A stretch of DNA of 64,000 bases from Nitrososphaerota archaeon (GCA_029786595.1 JAFLXO010000001.1:1332-65331), one strand, 5' to 3'; numbered from the stretch's first letter, positions 18,308 to 27,961 are shown. Numbers and translations are program-made. The notes: a model not told the origin generated them from the sequence alone.

Positions 18308-19195
18308 TTAGAGTATAAATGGCAAGGTCGCCGCTATTAGGCAGAACAGCGAAAGCAACAGGGACGTCCTCACCTTCTGCTTTATGTGCCTGATGTACTT
18401 TGCGTCTTCATATTTACCGTTTATCTTGAGGACCTGCATGAGCAGATATATGGCCAGCGGGGCTTCGCCGAACAAGAAGAACGGTGTTGATCTATCCATG
18501 ATTCCGGCCAGGCTAATGAACAGCATATAGAGGACCGGTAGGGACGCTATCACTTTCATCGCCTTTGCAGGTCCCATTACTATTGGAAGGGTCCTTATTC
18601 CGTTGGCGGCATCACCTCGCACGTCCGCCATGTCGCCCACCGCCACCGATACTACTACAAGCGTCCCCCAGCTTAACGACAGTAACAATATCATGGGGGA
18701 AAGGTCGTTGATAGCAGCCCCCCCTGCCATACCGGCAAGGAAACCCCCGATCCAGCTGATAAGGAGCTTATGAGGAAACTTGGCCTTGGCCCTTACCCCT
18801 GGCAGGGAGTAGAGGAGGCCCAGGGCCATCGAAACACTGAATAGCAGCAGGGTCATGGCGTTCACCATATATGCAAGATAAAGGGCTATCACCGCAGATG
18901 CTGCCGAAAGGAGAACGGCGTCTCCAGGCGTCGCCCTCCCGGACGGAAGCGGCCTCCTTGGCTGGTTTATCGCATCCTCCTTCATATCAAAACGTTCGTT
19001 TGCAACGTAAGTGCTTATAGTGATGAGGTATGCACCTACGACTACAAATAAGAATCGAAAGAGTGGGGGGGAGAATGCAGAGCCCACCAGCACATTTGAC
19101 GCTACCGCAAGGGTCCAGATCAGTGCGCTCCATTCCGATCTCAGTAATGCCAACCATCCCCTTAAGCTTAATTTCATTCTAAGTTCATCCTCCAT
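18308..19195 (-). CDS. UbiA-family prenyltransferase
   Basis: NERFDMKEDAINQPRRPLPSG and DMADVRGD motifs; multiple transmembrane segments. Confidence 0.9.
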   Translation of the reverse strand: MEDELRMKLSLRGWLALLRSEWSALIWTLAVASNVLVGSAFSPPLFRFLFVVVGAYLITISTYVANERFDMKEDAINQPRRPLPSGRATPGDAVLLSAASAVIALYLAYMVNAMTLLLFSVSMALGLLYSLPGVRAKAKFPHKLLISWIGGFLAGMAGGAAINDLSPMILLLSLSWGTLVVVSVAVGDMADVRGDAANGIRTLPIVMGPAKAMKVIASLPVLYMLFISLAGIMDRSTPFFLFGEAPLAIYLLMQVLKINGKYEDAKYIRHIKQKVRTSLLLSLFCLIAATLPFIL

Positions 19196-20133
19196 CTCTT
19201 GATTATGTCTTCAAACTCGTCCTTGGACGCCTTTGACCACATTTCCTCAAATTTAGATTCATATTCTTCGGACATGGTGGCGCTCTTGAACCGCATCCCA
19301 AATAGGAAGTCCTGCGGGCTCAACGGGTTGGGTATCTCCACGCCTATATCAGCGCCATCCACCAGTATGAAGCTGTATGTTACGCTTCCCATCCTAAGCG
19401 CCACATTAGGTAGCCTTATGAAATCTCTGAAGGCCTTTAACATGGCGGGGTTTGCCGCGATCCTGGCAAATGAATTTATTCGGAAGCCTTCCGCTGAAAC
19501 ATCGGTCAGTATCCTCACCCTGACGCCCCTCTCTGCAGCCTCTTTCATAGTTATCAACCTATGCTCTACTATCCTCGTCGCTATGTCTATGTGGAGCTTG
19601 GCCTCCTTAAATGCCTCGGAAAGTTCAAGGTTAAGGGAATCCTGATCGCGGAAGACCTTGATTGGCTCCATGTTCGCAAGCCCTATCGACCTTTCCAGGC
19701 TTTTCAGGAACATCGTATTTGCCTTTATATAACGTGCAGGCGTAGAATGGCCGTTTAGCCTGTTCCCAATTTCCATATAAAGATCGAATTCGTCACTTTG
19801 GCCTATGGCCCGCCATATGTTCGACTCATACGCATACACGAAGGAGCCCAGCGGCGACAGCCCGTATGTCTTTGGGCCAACCTTGGATATCAGGCCAGCC
19901 CTCTTTAGCATGTTAAGGGATATGTAGAACCTCCTTTTTGTGGTATTGGAGGTTGCAAGCAGCACATCTGTACTCATATTACCATCGCGCAGGCGGGTCA
20001 ACATCTGGAGGGCCGTTGAGCTGCTGAGCGCTCTGTACAGACCCCTTATAGCGGGCAGGTCCTTTGTGGGGACTCCCGTCAGGGTGCCCTTATTTACAGT
20101 TGATGTGGGAGCCACAGGGATAGGCGCCGCCAT
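19174..20133 (-). CDS. Winged-HTH regulator with C-terminal TrmB/PLD-like domain
   Basis: N-terminal wHTH (RRFYISLNMLKRAGLI..YGLSPLG); C-terminal AAERGVRVRIL..FILVDG..FEEMW. Confidence 0.7.
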   Translation of the reverse strand: MAAPIPVAPTSTVNKGTLTGVPTKDLPAIRGLYRALSSSTALQMLTRLRDGNMSTDVLLATSNTTKRRFYISLNMLKRAGLISKVGPKTYGLSPLGSFVYAYESNIWRAIGQSDEFDLYMEIGNRLNGHSTPARYIKANTMFLKSLERSIGLANMEPIKVFRDQDSLNLELSEAFKEAKLHIDIATRIVEHRLITMKEAAERGVRVRILTDVSAEGFRINSFARIAANPAMLKAFRDFIRLPNVALRMGSVTYSFILVDGADIGVEIPNPLSPQDFLFGMRFKSATMSEEYESKFEEMWSKASKDEFEDIIKRWRMNLE

Positions 20134-20388
20134 GAAGTTGATCTTTGTAAAAGCGATTAAAAAACCCTTCGTTTTTACCAAAATGCGGAACTTTTCCGCC
20201 ACCCCACCCCCAGCACGCTGCAGACTGATATACTTGATGGGTACAGCTAACCCGGAAAACGATCATCTACTAAATCGTTTCAGTACACAGGTCAAATGGA
20301 AAATTCACAAATAATGGTAACTTTTTGTATTGAATTCACTTAATGCTGTTCCACAGTGCATAATAACGTGGTCCGAAAACCTTTGAGC

Positions 20389-20937
20389 ATGAATAAGATT
20401 CGTCTATTTTCCGTGTCTGCCGTTATCTTGGCGCTGTTGATTTTAAGCGCGGCCTATGCTACGACTAGCACAACGGCCACCATAACTGCAAGTGGAACTA
20501 CACCGGTCGGTGTTGCTACATTGACTACCGAAGAGCCAAGTTGGTCACCTGCTGCAAACAGTGGCGGAAGCATAAACGCCGGAAACCTCTATAATGTAAC
20601 CGTGCCAGCCGGTACTATTTCGCTTGTGACGATCTACCTGACGAATCCGACTAGTCTCTCTCTTGACTATGAGTTCCTGAACATGAACATAAGCTATGGT
20701 ACGTCAACGGGTTATACACATGTGTTTACACCGATTACACATACAACAGGTACATTTAATGGCACCTTCTTATCCCTTAGCAATGGTTATGTCCAGTTTG
20801 AGATAAACAACGCGCTAGGAACTAGCGCAGAAAATTACACCATTGGGATAGCTGGTGGGAGTTTCTACTGCCTTAGCACGTCTAATGCAGCAGGGTCCTT
20901 AAATCCCAGCTTCTATATAACTGTCGAGGCAGTATAG
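20389..20937 (+). CDS. Secreted Ser/Thr-rich protein, putative filament subunit A
   Basis: Signal peptide ending AAYA; several N-x-S/T sequons; paralogous to the next gene; upstream of SipW. Confidence 0.75.
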   Translation: MNKIRLFSVSAVILALLILSAAYATTSTTATITASGTTPVGVATLTTEEPSWSPAANSGGSINAGNLYNVTVPAGTISLVTIYLTNPTSLSLDYEFLNMNISYGTSTGYTHVFTPITHTTGTFNGTFLSLSNGYVQFEINNALGTSAENYTIGIAGGSFYCLSTSNAAGSLNPSFYITVEAV

Positions 20938-20988
20938 GGACGAGCGAGCGTCAACACTGAAATGACGGGTTGGCGGTGACATAATTTC

Positions 20989-21579
20989 TTGGTTTTGACA
21001 AAGAGGCTGTTGGTTGGGCTGCTTATAGTTTTAGCCTTTTCAGCCACAGCTTTCGCCGGCCTGAGCAGCACGCTGAATCTAATGGTGGTCCCGGCGGGCT
21101 CCACAGGGGTGGCCGGCCCTAACGGACAGCCCAACCCTGGTGGCCTTCCGTACAACCTTACGGCGCTGAGCGGAACCTTCACGGTCACAGTTGGAAAATC
21201 TCAGCAAATAAATGGCGTAGGGCTCTATAATATTTCTAACATAATCACAACCTATCAGAACAGCCTTCGGATAAGCATATACCTGACTGATCCTCAGGAT
21301 ATGGGTTCTGTACTGCATAATCCGAATTCATATATCAATGTATCGCTTTACTATCCTGCCACTAATGGCGCCGTAACCTATAATGGTAACAAATACTCCT
21401 ATACTGGCGTTAGCGGCATCATCACGAGGACAAATACGGTTTTAATCCTATCAACGGTTGGCGTGACACCATCGAGCTCTTACTTGATCCTAGCTTCGAT
21501 AACCGTGCCAGGTGGAAACCCGTCAGGGCAACAGAGTACGATCGGCAGCCTGCAATTCTACATAAACATAAGAGTATAG
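20989..21579 (+). CDS. Secreted protein, putative filament subunit B
   Basis: Signal peptide ending ATAFA; shares LYN..IYLT.P and C-terminal FYI with the previous gene. Confidence 0.75.
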   Translation: MVLTKRLLVGLLIVLAFSATAFAGLSSTLNLMVVPAGSTGVAGPNGQPNPGGLPYNLTALSGTFTVTVGKSQQINGVGLYNISNIITTYQNSLRISIYLTDPQDMGSVLHNPNSYINVSLYYPATNGAVTYNGNKYSYTGVSGIITRTNTVLILSTVGVTPSSSYLILASITVPGGNPSGQQSTIGSLQFYINIRV

Positions 21580-21628
21580 GGTGGGGGGTAATGGAAATAT
21601 ATAAAATAATTCATTTGGCCGGTGAATT

Positions 21629-22408
21629 ATAACGAGTGCGACGGTCCTAAAAAAGCCGAATCGCAGAAAACGTGCTGAAAAGGCCGGCATCGTTGCTGGC
21701 GGCACCATTGTAATAGCCTTCATACTGCTGGTCCTCATCATGGGTAACATACAGCCTATAATGTTTGTCCCCACGACGAGCATGCAGCCCACCATTACTA
21801 GGGGTAGCGTTGTACTGGTAAAGAGCGTTCCCAGTAGCTCCTTGCAGGTCGGCGACATAATCGTCTTCAGCGTGCCCAAGGCCTATCAGGTGCAGTATGA
21901 CTATCCCCCTACGATCGTGCACAGGATAATATCGATAACGACCAGCAGCAGCGGTGCGGTCATGATACAGACGAAGGGCGATAACACCGCCGAGGATCCG
22001 TTTCAGATAACGCCTTCGCAGGTTAGAGGGGAGGTAGTAGCAATAATTCCCTATCTTGGCTTTCCTCTGATGTACCTGGACAGCATGTATGGTATAGCGT
22101 CATTGATAATCATAGTATCTTACTTCTGGTTGCCAGGTTACATAGAATCGTACGACAGGAAGCGAAAGGAGGGTAAGAAACAGCAGGATGAGAGGCTCTT
22201 AAATATAGAACGCTCGGTGGAGTCCTTCTCCAGGGCGATCAATGAATACGCTAAGCACTTGGAGTCCCATACGGCCGTCATCATGGAATTGAAGGAAACA
22301 ACGGAGTCACTGTCCAAGGCCACAGCCAAAATGGATTCTCTGTTGGATGATCATCTTAGGTTGGAAAAGGGAAAACCGTTAGATTGGCACGACATGCAGG
22401 ATAATTGA
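21629..22408 (+). CDS. sipW: SipW/S26B-type signal peptidase with C-terminal coiled coil; probable ATA start
   Basis: TSMQP, GDIIVF, IVHRI, TKGDN; the N-terminal TM helix lies upstream of the first ATG (21740). Confidence 0.85.
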   Translation: MTSATVLKKPNRRKRAEKAGIVAGGTIVIAFILLVLIMGNIQPIMFVPTTSMQPTITRGSVVLVKSVPSSSLQVGDIIVFSVPKAYQVQYDYPPTIVHRIISITTSSSGAVMIQTKGDNTAEDPFQITPSQVRGEVVAIIPYLGFPLMYLDSMYGIASLIIIVSYFWLPGYIESYDRKRKEGKKQQDERLLNIERSVESFSRAINEYAKHLESHTAVIMELKETTESLSKATAKMDSLLDDHLRLEKGKPLDWHDMQDN

Positions 22409-22499
22409 GCCCGCCTCAAATTATTCATATCACCAGGATGTAGTTTTATCAGGTTATAGCACCCCAAAGTTAATTAGCCCAGCTTCCTGAATACATGTA

Positions 22500-23012
22500 A
22501 TGATATTTACAAGGGAGAAGATACTGGAGCTGGTAGCCCATGGTGAAGTCATGATCGAGCCCTTCGATGACGCTCAGGTGGGGCCGGGGTCCATAGACCT
22601 GCACCTTGGCAACGCCTTCAGGGTATTTAAGAAGGCCAGGGAGGTAGTGAAGATCAAGGAGGAGGCCGATTACATAGATGTTACGCAGCCGATAACCATA
22701 AGCTCCGAACCGCTTCTGCTGGAGCCCGGCGAACTGGTACACGGGATAACCAGGGAAAGGGTTACCCTTCCGTCGAACATATCGGGCAGGATAGAGGGCA
22801 GGTCCAGGTTCGCGCGGCTGGGCCTTCTGGTGCACATAAGCAGCGGCTTCATATCGCCGGGCTCGGATGGGAGGGTGGTGCTGGAGATAGCCAACCTCTC
22901 CCCATCCACCCTTGCGCTTTACGCAGATACGAAGATATGCCAGATCATACTTGAAGAGGTCACCCCGCCTGCCAGGTACGTCGGAAAGTTCAGGGGGCAG
23001 ATGAAACCCTGA
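22500..23012 (+). CDS. dcd: dCTP deaminase
   Basis: SIDLHLG, EGRSRFARLGL, LEIAN, KICQI, YVGKF.GQ. Confidence 0.92.
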   Translation: MIFTREKILELVAHGEVMIEPFDDAQVGPGSIDLHLGNAFRVFKKAREVVKIKEEADYIDVTQPITISSEPLLLEPGELVHGITRERVTLPSNISGRIEGRSRFARLGLLVHISSGFISPGSDGRVVLEIANLSPSTLALYADTKICQIILEEVTPPARYVGKFRGQMKP

Positions 23013-23070
23013 TATGATACCCGATAATTCCGCTGAAAGCGTTAATTAGGGCGTCGTATCAAAGTGGCCC

Positions 23071-23535
23071 ATGTCATATGAGCGCAGGTCAGAGAACGAG
23101 GTCCTGGACACCATCAACGGCTTCTTCGAGGCTGCAAGGGAGAAGGACATGGAGGCGCTGGCCGACGCGCACGGTCACCGAAACGCCTTTACAAAATTTG
23201 ACGCCTTCCCCCCGTACACGCTTCAGACATCGGATACCGCCATAGCGTACGAAGAGGCGGTGTTCGCAAACATATCAGACCTGAAGTTCAAGGTCGAGGA
23301 TCCACACATCACCGTGATCGGCGAAACCGCGGTGGTCGCATTCTTCCTCAACATCTCGGGCATTTTCGTATACGATTATTCATTCGAGGGGAGGCCGGTG
23401 GACCTCAGGTTGAGGGTGACCATGGTGCTGGCCAGGGAGGAGGGCCGGTGGGTCATCATCCATGAGCATCTGAGCGAGCTGAAGGACATGAAGGCTGAAG
23501 CCGGTCCTGCAGAAACGTGGAGGTCGGGACGGTGA
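23071..23535 (+). CDS. SnoaL/NTF2-like protein
   Basis: RVTMVLAREEGRWVIIHEHLS. Confidence 0.85.
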   Translation: MSYERRSENEVLDTINGFFEAAREKDMEALADAHGHRNAFTKFDAFPPYTLQTSDTAIAYEEAVFANISDLKFKVEDPHITVIGETAVVAFFLNISGIFVYDYSFEGRPVDLRLRVTMVLAREEGRWVIIHEHLSELKDMKAEAGPAETWRSGR

Positions 23536-23642
23536 TCGTGCATATCATCATCAGACATAGTCTGTAACCAACTAAAGGCCTTCTACGGCTGGAGCCGCAG
23601 CGCTGTAGCTGCGTGTGCCAGCCCTTCTAAAATTGGCGCCTG

Positions 23643-23786
23643 CTACCGTATATACCTTTTAGGGTCAGCATCGAACGAATCCTTGCACCTTAGGGAGCAG
23701 AAATAGTAGGTCCTCCCGGCGCGTTCGGGCCTATACCTGGCCCTTTTCTCATCCACGTCCATACCGCATACCAGATCCTTTACCAT
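23643..23786 (-). CDS. YHS/TRASH-domain metal-binding protein
   Basis: KDLVCGMDVD...YYFCSLRCKDSFDADP. Confidence 0.88.
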   Translation of the reverse strand: MVKDLVCGMDVDEKRARYRPERAGRTYYFCSLRCKDSFDADPKRYIR

Positions 23787-23870
23787 GGGCTGGATACGCC
23801 AGGCGGGCGTTAGAAACTTTATGCTTTGCATTTGGAAAAGGATTTATACGCCCGGCGCCGTCATCGAACC

Positions 23871-24479
23871 ATGAAACTTGATAAGGTAGATACGGCCATC
23901 ATCGCCGCGCTTCGCAGCGACGGGAGGGCTTCGCTCAGGGAGATAGCGAGGAGGACATCGATTTCAACGCCGACGATTTCAAGTCGCCTGTCGCGGATGA
24001 TGAAGAGCGGCCTGATCAGGAATTTTGTACCGGTATTCGGCACGCTGGACGTGGGCACGGCCGCCATAGTGACTATGGAGGTTCCGGTGGCCGATGTGGC
24101 CTCTGTTTCTGAAAGGCTTGCCCGGATGGATAAAATATCTTCGGTGCTGGTGACGGCCGGTCGTTATAACCTTACGTTAAGGGTCAACCTTGAAAGTCCG
24201 GCCGACCTCCAGGGCTTTCTCCTTGAGCTGGAACGATACGGCCGGGTCAGGGATAGCATTGTGGTGACCTCCATAGTGAAGGAGGAGCAACCAGCGCCAA
24301 GGCTGGATGAGGTTGCAATTAACCTCAAGTGTAACTTCTGCGGAGGGGATATAACCGCACCCAGACCGTACACTTTCAAGGTGGGCCCCATTCGTTACTA
24401 TTTTTGCTGCAGGACCTGCAGGAGGTCATACTTGGAGAAGTATTCTGAAAGGATCAAAAGGATGAAGGCCGGCGCCTGA
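23871..24479 (+). CDS. Lrp/AsnC regulator with C-terminal TRASH domain
   Basis: LDKVD..II..L..DGRASL HTH; CNFCGG...YYFCCRTC. Confidence 0.88.
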   Translation: MKLDKVDTAIIAALRSDGRASLREIARRTSISTPTISSRLSRMMKSGLIRNFVPVFGTLDVGTAAIVTMEVPVADVASVSERLARMDKISSVLVTAGRYNLTLRVNLESPADLQGFLLELERYGRVRDSIVVTSIVKEEQPAPRLDEVAINLKCNFCGGDITAPRPYTFKVGPIRYYFCCRTCRRSYLEKYSERIKRMKAGA

Positions 24480-24511
24480 CCCGGACTTAGGAAAACGGTC
24501 GCCGCAGCCGT

Positions 24512-24811
24512 TCAGTACTTGAACGAAGTGAACGGTTTCTCGATCAGCTCCGAAAGGAATTCCATAACGGATTCAACTGTGCGGAACCCGCGGAATAGCA
24601 GCAGCCTGTTCGGGGTCCGGACGCCGTTCTCATCGATGTAATCGTAAATGGCGAGGGCGTACTCGCCTTCACCGCCTCGGGTGATGAACGCATAGGCGCC
24701 GGTGCCCAGATACCTGACCATAACCCTTATCCCCCCGTCATAGTCCAGGAGCCCGATCTCCCTCGGCAGCTCGTCCTGCGACCTTATAGCCTCTTCAAAT
24801 ATCATGGGCAC
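24512..24811 (-). CDS. Hypothetical protein
   Basis: 99-aa ORF with an upstream TATA-like element. Confidence 0.65.
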   Translation of the reverse strand: MPMIFEEAIRSQDELPREIGLLDYDGGIRVMVRYLGTGAYAFITRGGEGEYALAIYDYIDENGVRTPNRLLLFRGFRTVESVMEFLSELIEKPFTSFKY

Positions 24812-24926
24812 GCTTTTTAAACCGTCGTAAATATATATCCGTTATGGGGAAAGTTCATAACAGGGAGGCCGAAGGCGGGAACCTGAGCCGCCGGCCCCGG
24901 CATTGACCCCCTTGTAATAATAAGTG

Positions 24927-26129
24927 ATGGAGTTGGCTGGTCTGACCGTTTTTAATGAGCTGTCAAATTCAAGGGAGCCGTTCAAGCCGCTGAGGGGGAA
25001 GGAGGTCAGGATGTTCGTATGCGGACCAACGGTCCAGGATTACATGCACGTGGGCCACGCAAGGACATATATATTCTACGACCTGGTCAGCAGGCATCTG
25101 GCCCACCTGGGGTTCAGCATGAAGACGGTCATCAATATGACCGACATAGACGAAAGCATAGTCAGGGCCTCCGAATCAGCCGGGGTCAGCATCGGTGACT
25201 TCATAGAACGATATATGCTTGCCTACAGGAAGGACATGGAGGGCATCGGGGTGAAGGGCCTGTACAGGTTTGAGCCCGTCTCAAACTATCTGGGCGAAAT
25301 GAAGAGGCAGATATCGGAGCTCCTGAAGAGGGGATTCGCATACCAGGCCGATGGCTGCATCTTCTTCGACACCTCAAAATCACCTCACTTCGGCGACCTA
25401 GCGCACATGAGCAGGCAGGAGCTTTCGCTCAGGCCTCTGGAGCTCTATCCGGATAAGAGGAACATCCTCGACTTTTCGCTCTGGAGGAAGGCGCCAGACG
25501 GGGCGCCGCTGTTCGACAGCCCATGGGGGAAGGGCTGGCCTGGCTGGCACATTCAGGATACGGCGGTGGCCATCAGCGAACTCGGGATGCAGTATGACAT
25601 ACATGGAGGCGCCTACGAGCTGATATATCCTCATCATGAGGCCGAGATAGCACAGGCGGAGGCGCTGAATGGGGTCAGGCCGTATGTTAGGTACTGGATC
25701 TATACCGGGCTTGTCACCATATCCGGCAGGAAGATGTCGAAATCGGAGGGGAACACCACCTACGTCAGGGATATCCTGAAGGATTACGGTTCCGACCCGC
25801 TGCGGCTATACGTGCTCTCCGTTCCTTACAGGGCCGATATGGATTTTGACACGGACGGGCTGAAGGCCCAGGCCGATGCGCTTGGCGGGATGAGGGACAG
25901 GCTTGCTCATATCGACGAAAGGAAGGCGAGCCGCAGCGGGGCCAGGAGGCTTGCTGAAGCCTTCGACGAACTTCTCAATGATGATTTCAATGCCCCGGCT
26001 GCGCTGGAGCTGTGCCGGAGGGCGGTGGACCGCCCCGAAGAGGCGTTGCAGGGCGGTGTGACCATTGAGGATGTCAAATCTGCCCTGTATGGGCTTTCCT
26101 CAATATTGGGTGTGGACCTTGTTGGATAG
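24927..26129 (+). CDS. cysS: Cysteinyl-tRNA synthetase-like protein lacking the C-terminal anticodon-binding domain
   Basis: CGPTV..HVGHAR, PGWHIQDTA, DIHGGA.ELIYPHHEAE, KMSKS; ends right after the DALR-like domain. Confidence 0.85.
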   Translation: MELAGLTVFNELSNSREPFKPLRGKEVRMFVCGPTVQDYMHVGHARTYIFYDLVSRHLAHLGFSMKTVINMTDIDESIVRASESAGVSIGDFIERYMLAYRKDMEGIGVKGLYRFEPVSNYLGEMKRQISELLKRGFAYQADGCIFFDTSKSPHFGDLAHMSRQELSLRPLELYPDKRNILDFSLWRKAPDGAPLFDSPWGKGWPGWHIQDTAVAISELGMQYDIHGGAYELIYPHHEAEIAQAEALNGVRPYVRYWIYTGLVTISGRKMSKSEGNTTYVRDILKDYGSDPLRLYVLSVPYRADMDFDTDGLKAQADALGGMRDRLAHIDERKASRSGARRLAEAFDELLNDDFNAPAALELCRRAVDRPEEALQGGVTIEDVKSALYGLSSILGVDLVG

Positions 26130-27483
26130 TGGAAACGACGTTATACCCATCAACGAAAGGAACGAAGCCGGCTGGTGGGGGAACTGGGCTGATGTCAGGT
26201 GGTTCAGATCGGGCTACTTTACGTCCACATCCAGGGAATTTGACGAGCCGCTGTTCAACAGGTGCGGGATAGCCTCGCCCACCGTTAGGATATCATCCGT
26301 CATAGGTTCGTGGGAAAGGGGCTTTGGCCAGGCCGGCTATGTCCCCTCCTTCTTTGTCCCGGACAGGAAGGAGTATTACCACCTGAGCGATGAAATCATA
26401 AAACGCGGATACCGGTTGGCCGACCGAATGGATGTGCTGGCGCTCAGGGGGGCCCGGGGCCTGACCGTGCCGGATTCTGATGCCGAGATCGAGATCTCCA
26501 GCATAACCAGAAGGGGTATACACGAATGGGCATCGGTTTACATAGCATCCTTTGGCGAAGACTTTCGCAGGAGGCCTGCTATAGGTAGGTCACTGGAGAG
26601 GGCCCTGAGGCGGAGGGGGGTGACGCTGCTGATGGCCCGGTGGAACGGCCTGCCTGCCGGCATCACAGCGCTGTACGAGCGCGATGGAGCGTCAGGGCTC
26701 TACTGCGTCGGGGTTCTTCCGGAATACAGAAAGAGGGGCATCGGCATGGCCCTTGTAAACAAAGCCGTCGGCCTCGCCGCTGATAATGATTTAATCGTCC
26801 TCCAGGCGTTCAGGTCGGATTCGGCGGCGGATTTCTACGAAAGGATGGGGTTCAGGAGGGCCTATAGCAAGGCTATATTTGTCAAGGGCGGCGCAACCGA
26901 AGGGGGGGAAGGGGTACAGGGCGCATGGCAGGTCCCTGGACAGGGGGCCCAGGCCACCATGGGCGGTGCGCCAGCTGGCGCCGTCATGGGCCTGCTGCCA
27001 ACAGGCATCACCATAGTCCGTAACGTGAAGGCGGGGCGGCACCCCTTTTTCGATATATTTCAGGGATTTGAGCACCTGCCGGTATTAAAGGGCCTTTTCA
27101 GGGACCCGCGCGGTGCGCTGGAACGGCTGCAGGTGATCGTTGACCCGAGGCCGGGGTATATGCATGTGGATGATGAAAACGGCTCAGTGTATGTAAGCGC
27201 CAGGTACCTGAAGGATGGCGATCCCAGGTACCTCTTCCTGGACATAGTCCACGAACTGGTCCACGTAAGGCAGTTCCAGGAGGGAAGGGAGCTCTTTGAT
27301 GACAGGTTTTCATACTACAAAAGGCCCACCGAGGTCGAGGCATATGAAACGGCCGTGTCGGAGGCCCGGAGCCTTGGAATGACCAGAAGTGAGATAATCG
27401 AGTACCTGAAGGTGGAATGGGCAACGGACGAGGAGTTCAGGGATTTCATAGCTGCGCTTGGCGACAGGCTGGGCCCAGACTGA
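26122..27483 (+). CDS. GNAT acetyltransferase fused to a C-terminal HEXXH domain
   Basis: VLPEYRKRGIG..FYERMGF; Gly-rich linker; IVHELVHVRQ...PTEVEAY; TTG start overlaps the cysS stop. Confidence 0.8.
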   Translation: MDSGNDVIPINERNEAGWWGNWADVRWFRSGYFTSTSREFDEPLFNRCGIASPTVRISSVIGSWERGFGQAGYVPSFFVPDRKEYYHLSDEIIKRGYRLADRMDVLALRGARGLTVPDSDAEIEISSITRRGIHEWASVYIASFGEDFRRRPAIGRSLERALRRRGVTLLMARWNGLPAGITALYERDGASGLYCVGVLPEYRKRGIGMALVNKAVGLAADNDLIVLQAFRSDSAADFYERMGFRRAYSKAIFVKGGATEGGEGVQGAWQVPGQGAQATMGGAPAGAVMGLLPTGITIVRNVKAGRHPFFDIFQGFEHLPVLKGLFRDPRGALERLQVIVDPRPGYMHVDDENGSVYVSARYLKDGDPRYLFLDIVHELVHVRQFQEGRELFDDRFSYYKRPTEVEAYETAVSEARSLGMTRSEIIEYLKVEWATDEEFRDFIAALGDRLGPD

Positions 27484-27598
27484 TATGCTCCTCCGAAGTC
27501 TTCACAGCCTAAGGAGCCTGCCTTCCAGGATGGCCTCGGGTTGCCGCGGCGGTGTTTTTTGCGCAGGCCTTTAATAAAGGTCTGCAGTTGGATATCGC

Positions 27599-27961
27599 AT
27601 GAAAAGGTTATCTGCAATTCATGTAGTTTACGCCAAATGGTGCCCACACTGCGTTCCCACCACGGTCGAGCCCATGCAGCGCCTAGCGGCCGAACTGGGG
27701 ATTCCCTGTACGCTCTATGATATAGACTCCGATGTTGGCAAGGCCGCTGACGAACTCGTTAAACGGTACGGAGACTGGTCCGAGGATTATACGATACCCC
27801 AGGTATTCTTTGAGATGGAGGGCGGCTCAATGGAGCACGTGCTGACAGGTGATCCGCGTGGAACCAGGTACACAAGGCAGGCGGTGGAAGCCCTCTTGGA
27901 CAGCGAACCCGTAAGGTCCATGAGGCATCAGGGTCAGGCGGTAAGCAAGCCTGCAGGCTGA
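27599..27961 (+). CDS. Thioredoxin/glutaredoxin-like protein
   Basis: WCPHC active site; YTIPQ cis-Pro motif. Confidence 0.82.
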   Translation: MKRLSAIHVVYAKWCPHCVPTTVEPMQRLAAELGIPCTLYDIDSDVGKAADELVKRYGDWSEDYTIPQVFFEMEGGSMEHVLTGDPRGTRYTRQAVEALLDSEPVRSMRHQGQAVSKPAG

